From: Bacillales bacterium UBA7642
GTDB lineage: Bacteria > Bacillota_I > Bacilli_A > RFN20 > CAG-288
Assembly: GCA_002483745.1 (NCBI GenBank)
Contig: DLIM01000049.1
Span: forward strand, 22,989-63,837
DNA length: 40,849 bases
Direction: 5' to 3'
The notes under the pieces are model-generated. The model searched no databases. It was not told the origin of the DNA and saw only the letters and a program-made list of their open reading frames with translations. The position numbers were made by a program, and so were the translations under genes. This document shows positions 1 to 9,363 of the stretch, one piece after another (within the stretch, counting starts at the first letter, position 1; the number at the start of each line of letters is the position of its first letter).

Positions 1-3
1 AAA

Positions 4-1542
4 TTATTCAATGGTGAAGTTACCATCACTGCACTGAACATAAGCAATGGTGGAGAGTCCTTCATTCCAATTGTGGGTCTCATTGGAAGAATCAGTAAAA
101 ACGGAATTGTTAGTGATAGTCTCAAACTGACTAACTGTTCCTGAATAAGATAACCTAGTTAAAGAGGTACAGCCGTAAAAAGGAAGATAGAGGTGTTTGA
201 TGGAAACCGGAAGAGTGATTCCGGTCACATAAATAGATTCGCCAAAGCAGCGCCGAGACAAAGTCTCTACGCCTTCTTTGACTTGATAATCACCTCTTTT
301 ATAGATGACAAAAAGGATTTTAGTGTTGCCGATATCAGTTAAGGAATTGTTATTAATTTCAAAATACTGGTTAGAGCTATCGACTGTTAAAGATGCTAAA
401 GAAATCGTCCCATAGAAAGCCATATCGCCAATGGTACTAACGTTCTTAGGAATCACAAGACTTGCTAAGTCGTTGCAGGCATAGAAGGCACTTGATCCAA
501 TGCTTTCTAAAGTTTCCGGTAAAGTCAGATTCTTCATGGCCTGATCACCGGTAAAGGCATCATCGCCGATACTTTCTAGTTTGCTTGGAAGTGTGACTTT
601 TAATTCAGTATTACCAGTTCCGTTATAGCCAAAGCAGTCATGAGGGATAGAAGTAATCAAATCGCCCTTAAATTCTATCTTTGTATTCTTTTTGCAGTTA
701 AAGAAAGCTAAAGGCTCCAATTTCTTCAAGGAAGCGGGTAAGACTAACTCTTTTAAGGAAGTACAGAAAGTAAAAGCGGAAGCCCCTATTTCCTCTAAGC
801 CTTCATTCAAGGAGATAGTTAACAGATTAGTGCAAGTATCAAAGGCACTCTCACCGATAGTCTTTAAGCTAGCTGAAGCGATACGAGAAGTAAACTTGGA
901 AGCATTTAAAGCATTACCTTCAATAGTTACGACCTTGTTAGAGGAAAAGGCGGTTAGTTTCCTTGATGACTGAAAGGCAAAAGAAGCAATGACAGTACAT
1001 TCATCAATAGGAGAATATTCTCCTTCCTTTGCGGAAGGGAAATAAACTAAAGTGGATTTGTTAAAGCTATACAGAACGCCATTAAGGCTTTGATAATGAG
1101 TATTAGTCTTATAGACCAAGACTTCTTTAATAGTAGTGCAGTCAATAAAGGCTTTGCTGTTTAAAGCCGAAATACTATCGCTTAAGCGGATGATTTCTAC
1201 TCCTCCAGCCGACCTGAATGCTCCATCAGCAATGGCGGTGATGCTTTTATTTAAGTAGGTAGCAGGAATCCCGACCCTCTTAGGAGGGTCATTAGTTGCT
1301 AGGCTTTCTATCTTATAGGTATCATTATCTAAAAGCTTGAACTCAAAATACTGGGAGTCAGTATCCTCTATATCTTCAGCTTTGACTTCGCTTTCTGAAG
1401 TAGAGGAAGAGATATTATTTCTAGAACTAGAAGAATCTAAAGCTGAGCTTGCTGAAGAAGAAGGAGAAGAACTGCTGATATTATTTGAGCAGGATGCTAA
1501 AAGAAGCGGAAGAGAGAGAAGAAGAAAGTATTTTCTTTTCAT
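4..1542 (-). CDS. BspA-like leucine-rich repeat (LRR_5/TpLRR) surface lipoprotein
   Basis: Signal peptide with lipobox LLASC, Ser-rich linker, then many repeats of the form LxxIxxxAFxxCxxLxxIxLP (e.g. LEEIGASAFTFCTSLKELVLP, LESIGSSAFYACNDLASLVIP). The ORF is intact. Confidence 0.9.
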   Translation of the reverse strand: MKRKYFLLLSLPLLLASCSNNISSSSPSSSASSALDSSSSRNNISSSTSESEVKAEDIEDTDSQYFEFKLLDNDTYKIESLATNDPPKRVGIPATYLNKSITAIADGAFRSAGGVEIIRLSDSISALNSKAFIDCTTIKEVLVYKTNTHYQSLNGVLYSFNKSTLVYFPSAKEGEYSPIDECTVIASFAFQSSRKLTAFSSNKVVTIEGNALNASKFTSRIASASLKTIGESAFDTCTNLLTISLNEGLEEIGASAFTFCTSLKELVLPASLKKLEPLAFFNCKKNTKIEFKGDLITSIPHDCFGYNGTGNTELKVTLPSKLESIGDDAFTGDQAMKNLTLPETLESIGSSAFYACNDLASLVIPKNVSTIGDMAFYGTISLASLTVDSSNQYFEINNNSLTDIGNTKILFVIYKRGDYQVKEGVETLSRRCFGESIYVTGITLPVSIKHLYLPFYGCTSLTRLSYSGTVSQFETITNNSVFTDSSNETHNWNEGLSTIAYVQCSDGNFTIE

Positions 1543-1544
1543 TC

Positions 1545-2958
1545 TTAGTCCTCAAAGACTACTTCGCTAGGAAGAGTAGTAGTACCGATATTGGAATACT
1601 TGAAGTCGACAGTTCCTTCGTATTTATAGAAGTAGCTAGAATAAGCATAATGGAAGGAAGCATCATTCATTTTGCCCTCATCGGTTAAGGAGATAGTTCC
1701 GCTATCGGCATAACCATGGAAGACATATTTGCATTCATTGACTAGGAAAGGAGAGCCGATCTCATAAGGTACATTTCCGACAACGCTGGAAGCGGCATCG
1801 AATTTCAAAGTGGAGTCATTGTAATCAAAGACATCAGCGCTTAGATTGAGAGTAGGGGCCCATTCCTCATAGCTGAAGAGGTTGTTGATAGCAGCATAGT
1901 CGCTACACCGGTGATGGACTTTCCGGCGGTGTCATCATAGCTATAGACGGTTAATTTAGTATCAGTGTCATTAGCTTTCTTTAAGACCATTTCAGCTGAT
2001 GATAAGCTATCGCTCTTTAAGCGGAAATAGATAGTGCTATCGGCAGGAATGAGATAGATATCCCAGACCTTGGTGGTGGTATCTGAACTATCAGTAGAGA
2101 CGACTTCCTGCGAGAAGGTCAGCTGATAGTTTGAAGCTTGACTTCATCAATAGCTGTCTGCAAAGGTTCGACATTGCTCTTATGCTCCTGAGGGGAGAGA
2201 GTTTCGAAAGCCGTAGATCCGATGTTTCCTAAAGTAGCGGTGATATTGGAAGTCTGGGTGAAATAGAGAGTGTTGTAACTGGAATCGGTCTCGGTGCTTG
2301 AATAATCCTCAGTGGAGATCTTGATAGTAGCAAAGTTTCCATCCTTGATGGTTAAGGTAACCTTAGAGATATTGGAATACTGATCAGAAAGGATGACATA
2401 GAGGTTATCAACTAGCATCGTTCCCTTAGTGGTATTAAGGGAATAAGAGCCATCAGTGTTCTTAGTGAAGTCATCTTCAATGATGGAATCAAAAGGATTA
2501 GCGGTACCAGCCATGGCCTAGCTGACATTGCTTCCATAATAGTTAGTGACTTTATCAGTAGAGACGGTGTTATCGGTATTCAAATAATAGTAATAGACAT
2601 AATTATCACTGCCACGGTAAACCTTATCATCATATAAGGACTGGTAAGCCCCATCGCTATCCATTTGCTGTACTGATCTTTCAAAAGCTTCTTTGTCGTT
2701 GTGGATATAGGTCATCTTAGCCTGATAGGTTTCACTTCCGGTATCACCAGTAACTGTTTCATAGGAATCATCTTCGTAATAGGTCTTATCGAGATTGATG
2801 CTAGCGGAGATATCAAAGCCTTTCCTGATATTCTTTAAAGCAGTGGATAAAGTTGCACTTTCATCACTTGTTGTAGAAGAGACTGAGGCAGTTCCGCAGG
2901 AGGCTAAAGAGACGATTGATAAGAGTGATAAGACAGATAAGATTCTTGATTTTTTCAT
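1545..2958 (-). pseudogene. Fragmented lipoprotein gene (about 471 aa if repaired); pseudogene or consensus errors
   Basis: Lipobox LASC at the start of 2518..2958. An in-frame TAG at 2518-2520 is followed by GCC ATG in the same frame (ORF 2119..2514). Restoring one base near 2136 gives VKASNYQLTFSQEVVSTDSSDTTTKVWDIY..., and one more near 1905 joins ORF 1545..1808. Length 1414+2 nt is a multiple of 3. Confidence 0.8.
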
Positions 2959-2981
2959 ATTTGATATTTTCCTTTATATAT

Positions 2982-4650
2982 TTAAGCTAGATAACCGACA
3001 TCAGCTTCACCGATTGACGACACGGTAGCAATCACCTCAAGGGTTGTTTCCTTAGCAGTATCGGAATCATAAGCAAGAGGCGAAAGATTATAGTAGCCAG
3101 AACTAGTCTTCTCAACCATTAATCCGGTATAGGTGCAGTTGTTCTTGCTTAATCCGGTTACTACCGAATAAAGATCCTGCAAGCCGCTAGAAACTAAAGT
3201 TGAGCCAGCCTTTTCAATTCGATAGAAGCAGCCAGTATGCTTTTCTGAATTGACTAAGTACTCTTCCTTAGTCCAGTTGGTTCCAGAAGAGAAGATCTCA
3301 TATTCACCGATGAAGGGATTAGGCTTAGAAGCGCCAAGAGTATATTTAGCTAAAGAAGCAGTATTTATCTTGCCATCCTTTAAGGAATAAGTGTAGTAAG
3401 GAGAAGACATACTAACTGCACTGCCTTTAACGATGTTGAGCCTAGTCTCATTGTCCTTCAAGGAATAGGTATAGTTTTTAGTGAAACCGGCAATACTATT
3501 GGTCAAGCCACTATCGGTTAAGACAAAGTTGTTATCCGTAATTGCCTTTAAGAATTGCTTGATATCTGGGTCATTTTCTCCGCTAGTGATAGGACCGCCA
3601 TCATTAGCTAGGAAGCTTGAAATATAAGGAACCTCAGTCTTTCCGATATCAGTGATCAAATAAGAGAAATGATATAGTCTTTGACTTCTTTAGTAGAAAC
3701 AATAGTTCCTTCTAAAGAGGGCTGGATATAGATTCCCGCATAAGAAAGGGTTGGATTAGTAACATAATCCCATTCCTTAGTTAGATTAAAGAAAGCCTGT
3801 AAGAAAGCCTTCCCATTAGCAGTCGAACCGGCGACATAGTAGGTGTTAGTTCCTTTAACTCGGGTAGCTTCACTGACAATCCCATCAATGTTAATGTTGC
3901 TTTTTAAAGCACTGAATGAGGCATTGTCCTGCTTTAAAGACTGCGTATCAAGAATAGAAGAAGAATAAAGCTGACTAGGAGTAAGCTTTGTCCCTTTGTC
4001 ATCACTTAAGTAACTTGAGGTAGCAATCACACTCTCGTTAGAAATTTTAATGCTATAGATACATCAGCTACATAGCCTTTATCAACATAAGAACCCGCTA
4101 AGTCTTTAGTGTACATAGCAGTGGGTGTGAAATAAGAGGCATAACCAGAATAGGTATTATCCTTAGTTGATTTAACCGTATAGTTATTAGTAGAGACAAC
4201 AGTTTTTATATTGTAAAAGACATCAGAAAAGACTGATATTTCAAAGCTGCCGTGATAAGTAATCCCTTCCACATAAATATCAATGGTTATTAAACCGTTT
4301 CCAGTTAAAGCATGAGTCGCATCAATAAGATCAGAAGTGGTGTGATCTTTTAAGGTATAGGTTTTGACAGGAGTCTTAGATATAACGGTGCCATCACTTT
4401 TAGTATCCGCAATTTGAACGACTAAGTCAGTGCTATCGAAGAAGTCACCGGCTAGGTATTCAGTCTTTTTAGGAGAATTAGTCACGATAATTTTCTTAGT
4501 AGTGGCTGCACTGGTAGAGGTAGAAGAACTGGTTTTATCACTACTGGTGGTTTTATCGCTAGATGAGATAGGAGTAGTTGAGGATTCAGCTGTACCGCAA
4601 GAGGCGAGTACTAAAAGAGGAAGAAGCAGGCAAAGTAAATTCTTTTTCAT
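2982..4650 (-). pseudogene. Fragmented lipoprotein with bacterial Ig-like domain (about 556 aa if repaired); pseudogene or consensus errors
   Basis: Lipobox LASC, Ser/Thr linker, Ig-like motif IIVTNSPKKTEYLAGDFFDSTDLVV. ORFs 4027..4650, 3656..4030 and 2982..3659 are each joined by a -1 shift (near 4061 and within 3656-3690). Length 1669+2 nt is a multiple of 3. Confidence 0.75.
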
Positions 4651-4852
4651 AATATTCTCCTTATTTCGCTAACATAACCCTTTAATTTTACAATTGAACT
4701 GTTAAAAACAAAAATGATTTTATTATAGTGAAGAAGAAAGCATTTTTCTTAAAACTTTAAAAATCAGTGTTTTAACACCTATATTTAATATAAACAAGTT
4801 AAAATTTGGCAAAAAAAGATGATTAAATAAAAATGAAAACGATTACATCACT

Positions 4853-5482
4853 TTAGAGAAAAAAAGTATTATCAATGGCTTCCAAAAGAAAATACGGTGG
4901 ATTATAGCCTCTCTTTACTAAAGTTCCATGTTCCTTAAAGAAATCCCTCTTGAATCCCGGATGCTTTTTAACCTTGATCTCCGCCAAGATGTATTTGGCA
5001 TCGAGGAGATAGACTTCACTAGCAGTCTTGAAAGAGACTAAGAAGAAGCCATAGCCACCTAATCTGATAATAAACTCCAAGTGGGCAAATTGCTGTTCTC
5101 TGATCATGTGGAAAGGAACTTCATCATGGATGGTTTCCTTGCATTCAAAATCAATATACTTGCCTTTATAGATACCGACATAATCAGTCGTAGACTTCTC
5201 TTGGAAGTAGGCTTCTTCAATCATCCCTGGATGTGACTTAGACATCTTGACCACTTTAATTGGGGTAGGCCTTTTATAGATATCAGCCAAGCCTTTTTCA
5301 CGGTAAAAGTCACAAGTCTTGGATACTTCTGACTCAAACTGCATACCCATATTGCTCTTGATGTATTTGTCCCGGGCTTTTTGGGCATCAGTCCTATTGA
5401 TGCTTTTACGGTGATCAATGGATTTATCTTGATCCTTTACGAAAGAGGACTTTCTGCCATCAGGATAATTGATTTCCCTCAT
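4853..5482 (-). CDS. recU: Holliday junction resolvase RecU
   Basis: RecU motifs INYPDG, NMGMQFE, IYKRPTPIKVV, YFQEKSTTDYVGIYKGKYIDFECKET. Confidence 0.96.
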   Translation of the reverse strand: MREINYPDGRKSSFVKDQDKSIDHRKSINRTDAQKARDKYIKSNMGMQFESEVSKTCDFYREKGLADIYKRPTPIKVVKMSKSHPGMIEEAYFQEKSTTDYVGIYKGKYIDFECKETIHDEVPFHMIREQQFAHLEFIIRLGGYGFFLVSFKTASEVYLLDAKYILAEIKVKKHPGFKRDFFKEHGTLVKRGYNPPYFLLEAIDNTFFL

Positions 5483-6210
5483 AGGTTCTTCTTGATTTCT
5501 TCTTTCAAGTCGTTTAAGGTGGCATTCTTCTTCTCGATGGCCTTAAGAGCAAAGGCTTTACTGATGTCATCAAGATAAGGATTCTTCTTATAGTTCTTAA
5601 GAATATACACAACTGTCTTCTCTTCGCTTTCAATGTAATTAAGATAGATAGCCATCAAAGCTTTGCTATCAAAAAGGGGATCATGTTCCTTGCCGTCAAT
5701 CTTGATTTTATAATAGGTAAGAAGCTTTTTTATTGATAAAGACTGTCCTTTATCATCAATCAAAAAATGACTCAGGTAAAGATGGAAATCCAGATAGTTC
5801 TTTAAGATGTGGTTAAAGAAGTTATATTCGTTCTGATCTCTTTTGTTAATAGAATTATAAAGAATCTTCAAGTCCATATCCCCATAGGAAATATAGACCT
5901 TCTCTTTATACTTTCTAGTTAAATTCATGACTTCCTTAATGACTGAGGAAAAAGGCTTCCCTTCTTTCTTTAAAGTCGTTTCATTTATGCCAGTCATCTT
6001 TTTCACGACCGGACCAATCTCGTCAGTGGTTCTGATGAAAGCCTTATAGGACAAAACCTTCTTGCTGGAAGGAACTAACTTTCCTGGCTCTTTCTCAAAA
6101 GCCACAATTCCTAGTGCAATAGCCTTATGCCGTATTTGGGTTCCCTCAAAATCGAAGAAGATAACAAGATTAGCTTTAGATATTTCTTTAGTTAACCGTG
6201 GAAAAGACAT
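5479..6210 (-). CDS. DEDDh-family 3'-5' exonuclease (KapD/ERI1-like)
   Basis: ExoI FFDFEGT, MTGI, ExoII YGDMD, ExoIII HDPLFD. Overlaps the recU start by 4 nt. Confidence 0.85.
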   Translation of the reverse strand: MSFPRLTKEISKANLVIFFDFEGTQIRHKAIALGIVAFEKEPGKLVPSSKKVLSYKAFIRTTDEIGPVVKKMTGINETTLKKEGKPFSSVIKEVMNLTRKYKEKVYISYGDMDLKILYNSINKRDQNEYNFFNHILKNYLDFHLYLSHFLIDDKGQSLSIKKLLTYYKIKIDGKEHDPLFDSKALMAIYLNYIESEEKTVVYILKNYKKNPYLDDISKAFALKAIEKKNATLNDLKEEIKKNL

Positions 6211-6215
6211 AAATA

Positions 6216-6704
6216 TTAATGCTGACCAAATTTAAAACTCTTCAAATCATCAGTCATAACAGCTGGATTAGAAGAAAGCTCAAGAATCTTGAAAAGATGC
6301 TTTACTTCCTCTTCTCCTAAAATATTGAACCATCCGGTGAAAAGATAACTAAGCTGATTTTCACATTGTTGGACATATTTAGTACCGACCTCGGTAATAT
6401 CGACATAGACTTGTCTTTTATTGTTAGGATCAACTACTCGGTCGACCATCTTTCTTGATTCCAGCAATCTTAAGTTGGCGGCGATGTTAGGACGGGTGAC
6501 CTTTAAGTCGTCAGCCATGATTGAAGGGTGAGCACCCGGATGAGTGACTAAGTAAGTTAAGATTCTAAAATCAGTCTGGAAGAGCTGAGTAAAAAGATCT
6601 AATTCACCATTGCTTCTGATTTTAACGACATAGTCCATCAATTTATTAATACTATCAGTCATTTCTTTCGATTGCATATTCATCTTATTGTCATTATCTG
6701 CCAT
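6216..6704 (-). CDS. MarR-family winged-helix transcriptional regulator
   Basis: HTH region PSIMADDLKVTRPNIAANLRLLE and wing motif DPNNKRQVYVDITEVG. Confidence 0.9.
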   Translation of the reverse strand: MADNDNKMNMQSKEMTDSINKLMDYVVKIRSNGELDLFTQLFQTDFRILTYLVTHPGAHPSIMADDLKVTRPNIAANLRLLESRKMVDRVVDPNNKRQVYVDITEVGTKYVQQCENQLSYLFTGWFNILGEEEVKHLFKILELSSNPAVMTDDLKSFKFGQH

Positions 6705-6848
6705 GTAAATTTACCTCTTTGTTTATTATACAAATAGTTTTGAACCATTAAAACAGTTTTAAAGCCAAACTATTTTACCATTGAATTGCAAAAAGACAAA
6801 ATACTAAATAAAGCTCATATAAATCAAAGAAGGCCTACTAAAACCAAC

Positions 6849-6896
6849 AAAAAAGCAATTGCCGTTAACTGCAATAGCAAACAGCAATTGCTTTTT
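6849..6896 (-). terminator. Intrinsic terminator downstream of nfnB
   Basis: Inverted repeat AAAAAGCAATTGC...GCAATTGCTTTTT about 10 nt beyond the stop at 6907. Confidence 0.75.
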
Positions 6897-6906
6897 GATT
6901 ACTTAG

Positions 6907-8370
6907 TTACTTCTTGGCCTGGATGTATTCGTCGATGGATTTAGCGGCCTTCTTGCCAGCACCCATAGCTAAGATAACGGTAGCGGCGCCAGTGACTGCA
7001 TCGCCACCAGCATAGACAGCCTTCTTAGTGGTTTCATTAGTGGCTTCATTGACAATGAGACAGCCATGCGGGTTAGTCTCAATGCCAGGAGTAGTGTTCT
7101 TGATTAAGGGGTTAGGAGAAGTTCCGATAGACATGATGACGCAGTCGACATCTAAGGTAGTGAAGTTTCCAGTAGGCTCTGGTTTTCTTCTTCCCGATGC
7201 ATCAGGTTCACCAAGCTCCATCTTCTCGATCTTGATGCCCTTGACACAGCCATAGTTAGGATTAGTCTTCGGGTTACCTTCTAAGTCTTCAAGGATTTCA
7301 ACAGGGTTGTTTAATAGATGGAATTCAACGCCTTCCTGCTCAGCATGTTCGACTTCCTCTTTACGGGCAGGAAGCTCTTCTTTGCCTCTACGATAGACGC
7401 AGTAGACATGCTCGGCACCAAGTCTTAAGGCACAGCGGCAGGCATCCATGGCAACGTTTCCGCCACCGACGACTGCTACTGAGCGAGGATGGATGATAGG
7501 AGTATCGCTATCAGCCTTATAGGCTTTCATTAAATTGATTCTAGTTAAGAACTCGTTAGCAGAATAGACATTCTTGGCATTCTCGCCAGGAATATTCATG
7601 AAACGAGGTAGACCAGCACCAGAACCGATGAAGCAAGCCTCAAAACCATACTGAGTCATTAAATCATCGATTGAAAGAACGTGGCCGATAACCATATCGG
7701 TTTCAATCTTGACGCCGATATCCTTTAATCCTTGTACTTCGGATTGGACGATAGCTTTAGGTAAACGGAATTCAGGAATACCATACATTAAGACTCCGCC
7801 TGCCACATGCAAAGCTTCAAAGACTGTGACTTCATAGCCTTTCTTGGCTAAATCACCGGCACAGGTTAAACCTGAAGGGCCGGAACCAATGACAGCCACC
7901 TTGTGGCCGTTCTTCTTGATTTCAATCTTAGCAACGCAAGTATGGGTTCTATGATAGTCAGCAACAAATCTTTCTAGTCTTCCGATACCGACTGGTTCTT
8001 GGAACTTACCGGTAGGCTTATGGGTAACAGGATCCATAACGGGGACCTTGTTCTTGATGCACTTACCTTCGCATTGCTTTTCCTGCGGGCAGACACGTCC
8101 ACAGACAGCCGGAAGAGAAGAAGATAAAGAAATAATCTGATAAGCCTTTTCAAAATTTCCTAAAGCCACTTCATGAATGAAGGCCGGGATATTAATCTGA
8201 ACCGGGCAGCCAGGGACACAGCTAGGGACCTTGCAATCAAGACATCTCTTAGCTTCGTCAATAGCCATTTCCTCAGTATAACCTAAGGTAACTTCATCAA
8301 AATTGTGGGCTCTGACCTTCGGATCCTGAGTCGGCATCGGATTCTTAGTTGGTCTCATGTTGATAGCCAT
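6907..8370 (-). CDS. nfnB: NfnB/SudA-like large subunit of NADH-dependent ferredoxin:NADP+ oxidoreductase (GltD-like)
   Basis: Fe-S motifs RCLDC..C..GCP and CGRVCPQEKQCE; Rossmann motifs GSGPSG and GGGNVAMD; GGDAVTG. It is paired with an NfnA-like gene, with no glutamate synthase large subunit nearby. Confidence 0.85.
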   Translation of the reverse strand: MAINMRPTKNPMPTQDPKVRAHNFDEVTLGYTEEMAIDEAKRCLDCKVPSCVPGCPVQINIPAFIHEVALGNFEKAYQIISLSSSLPAVCGRVCPQEKQCEGKCIKNKVPVMDPVTHKPTGKFQEPVGIGRLERFVADYHRTHTCVAKIEIKKNGHKVAVIGSGPSGLTCAGDLAKKGYEVTVFEALHVAGGVLMYGIPEFRLPKAIVQSEVQGLKDIGVKIETDMVIGHVLSIDDLMTQYGFEACFIGSGAGLPRFMNIPGENAKNVYSANEFLTRINLMKAYKADSDTPIIHPRSVAVVGGGNVAMDACRCALRLGAEHVYCVYRRGKEELPARKEEVEHAEQEGVEFHLLNNPVEILEDLEGNPKTNPNYGCVKGIKIEKMELGEPDASGRRKPEPTGNFTTLDVDCVIMSIGTSPNPLIKNTTPGIETNPHGCLIVNEATNETTKKAVYAGGDAVTGAATVILAMGAGKKAAKSIDEYIQAKK

Positions 8371-8373
8371 AAA

Positions 8374-9216
8374 TTACTTGACCTCCTTCTTGAAGAGATT
8401 GCAGGTTTCTTCATACTTATGTCTCTCCCAAGGACGATATTGTCCATTTCTAAGCATAGCAGAATCAAAATCGACTTCGTGACCATCAAAGTCGGGTCCA
8501 TCGACGCAGGCAAACTTTAATTTGCCACCGACGACGATACGGCAGCAGCCACACATACCGGTTCCATCAATCATGATCGGGTTCATAGAAACAACGGTCT
8601 TGACGTTGTACTTCTTGGTTAAAAGGCAGACAAACTTCATCATGATGACAGGTCCAATAGCGATGACTTCATCGAATTTGACACCAGCCTTGATTTCTTC
8701 TTCTAAGGCGGCAGTGACTAAGCCCTTAGTACCCCAGGTGCCATCATCTGACATCTTGATGTACTTATCGGAGCAAGTCTCAAAATCCTTTTCCAGGATG
8801 ACTAAGTCCTTGCAGCGGAATCCAACAATGGAAGTGACTCTAGTTCCCTGTTTATGTAAGGCTTCAGCTAAAGGAAGAGCAATGGCACAGCCAGCCCCAC
8901 CGCCGATAACGGCGACATTCTTTAATCCTTCTAATTCAGAGGGACGGCCTAAAGGTCCAACAAAGTCAGCTAAAGAATCGCCAGCCTGAAGATGATTGAG
9001 TTTCTCAGTAGTAGCACCAACGACTTGGAAGATGATGCTGACAGTCCCTTTGACAGGGTCTGTTCCAGCTACAGTGAGAGGGATTCTTTCACCGTTTTCA
9101 TCGGTCCTTAAAATAATAAATTGGCCAGGCTTTGCTTTCTTAGAGACAAAGGGAGCTAAAATTGCCATACGGGTTACCGTAGGGTTAAGGACTTCTTTGG
9201 ATACAATTCTGAACAT
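8374..9216 (-). CDS. nfnA: NfnA/SudB-like FAD/NAD-binding [2Fe-2S] subunit
   Basis: PGQFIILR, GERIPLT, GPLG, IGPVIMMK, DGTGMCGCCR and CVDGPDF motifs. Confidence 0.87.
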   Translation of the reverse strand: MFRIVSKEVLNPTVTRMAILAPFVSKKAKPGQFIILRTDENGERIPLTVAGTDPVKGTVSIIFQVVGATTEKLNHLQAGDSLADFVGPLGRPSELEGLKNVAVIGGGAGCAIALPLAEALHKQGTRVTSIVGFRCKDLVILEKDFETCSDKYIKMSDDGTWGTKGLVTAALEEEIKAGVKFDEVIAIGPVIMMKFVCLLTKKYNVKTVVSMNPIMIDGTGMCGCCRIVVGGKLKFACVDGPDFDGHEVDFDSAMLRNGQYRPWERHKYEETCNLFKKEVK

Positions 9217-9317
9217 TAACGGCCTCCTTGTTTTTTGACTAAATAATATTTTACCCTAAACCAAAAATAGTTACTATAAATAAATAAACAATAGTATAGA
9301 ATTAACCATTCAAAGAG

Positions 9318-9347
9318 AAAAAAGCCAGCCCTAAAATAAGGGCTGGC
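9318..9347 (-). terminator. Intrinsic terminator downstream of the adh gene
   Basis: GCCAGCCCT-AAAATA-AGGGCTGGC stem preceded on + by an A run (the U tract on the - strand). Confidence 0.8.
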
Positions 9348-9363
9348 AATTCGACTAGGGGGA

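Noticed and set aside
2512-2523. In-frame TAG as evidence of stop-codon recoding or pyrrolysine
   Set aside because: TAG ends recA, rny, spoVS, folD and adh at their expected C-termini, no pyl genes are in the window, and the same gene also has two frameshifts.
2119-4030. TGA-as-Trp (code 4) as the cause of the lipoprotein fragments
   Set aside because: The continuations are in a different frame, reading through the TGA at 2119 hits TAA about 33 codons later, and TGA is a normal stop for mutL, fhs and comEA.
4500-4570. Short direct repeat encoding SSDKT twice in a lipoprotein linker
   Set aside because: Ordinary low-complexity Ser/Thr linker with two copies only; not a CRISPR array or contingency tract.
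6803-6810. ACTAAATA half-site
   Set aside because: No TTAG 17 nt upstream, and it is on the opposite strand to the flanking genes.
9238-9245. ACTAAATA half-site
   Set aside because: No correctly spaced TTAG, and it points away from nfnA.
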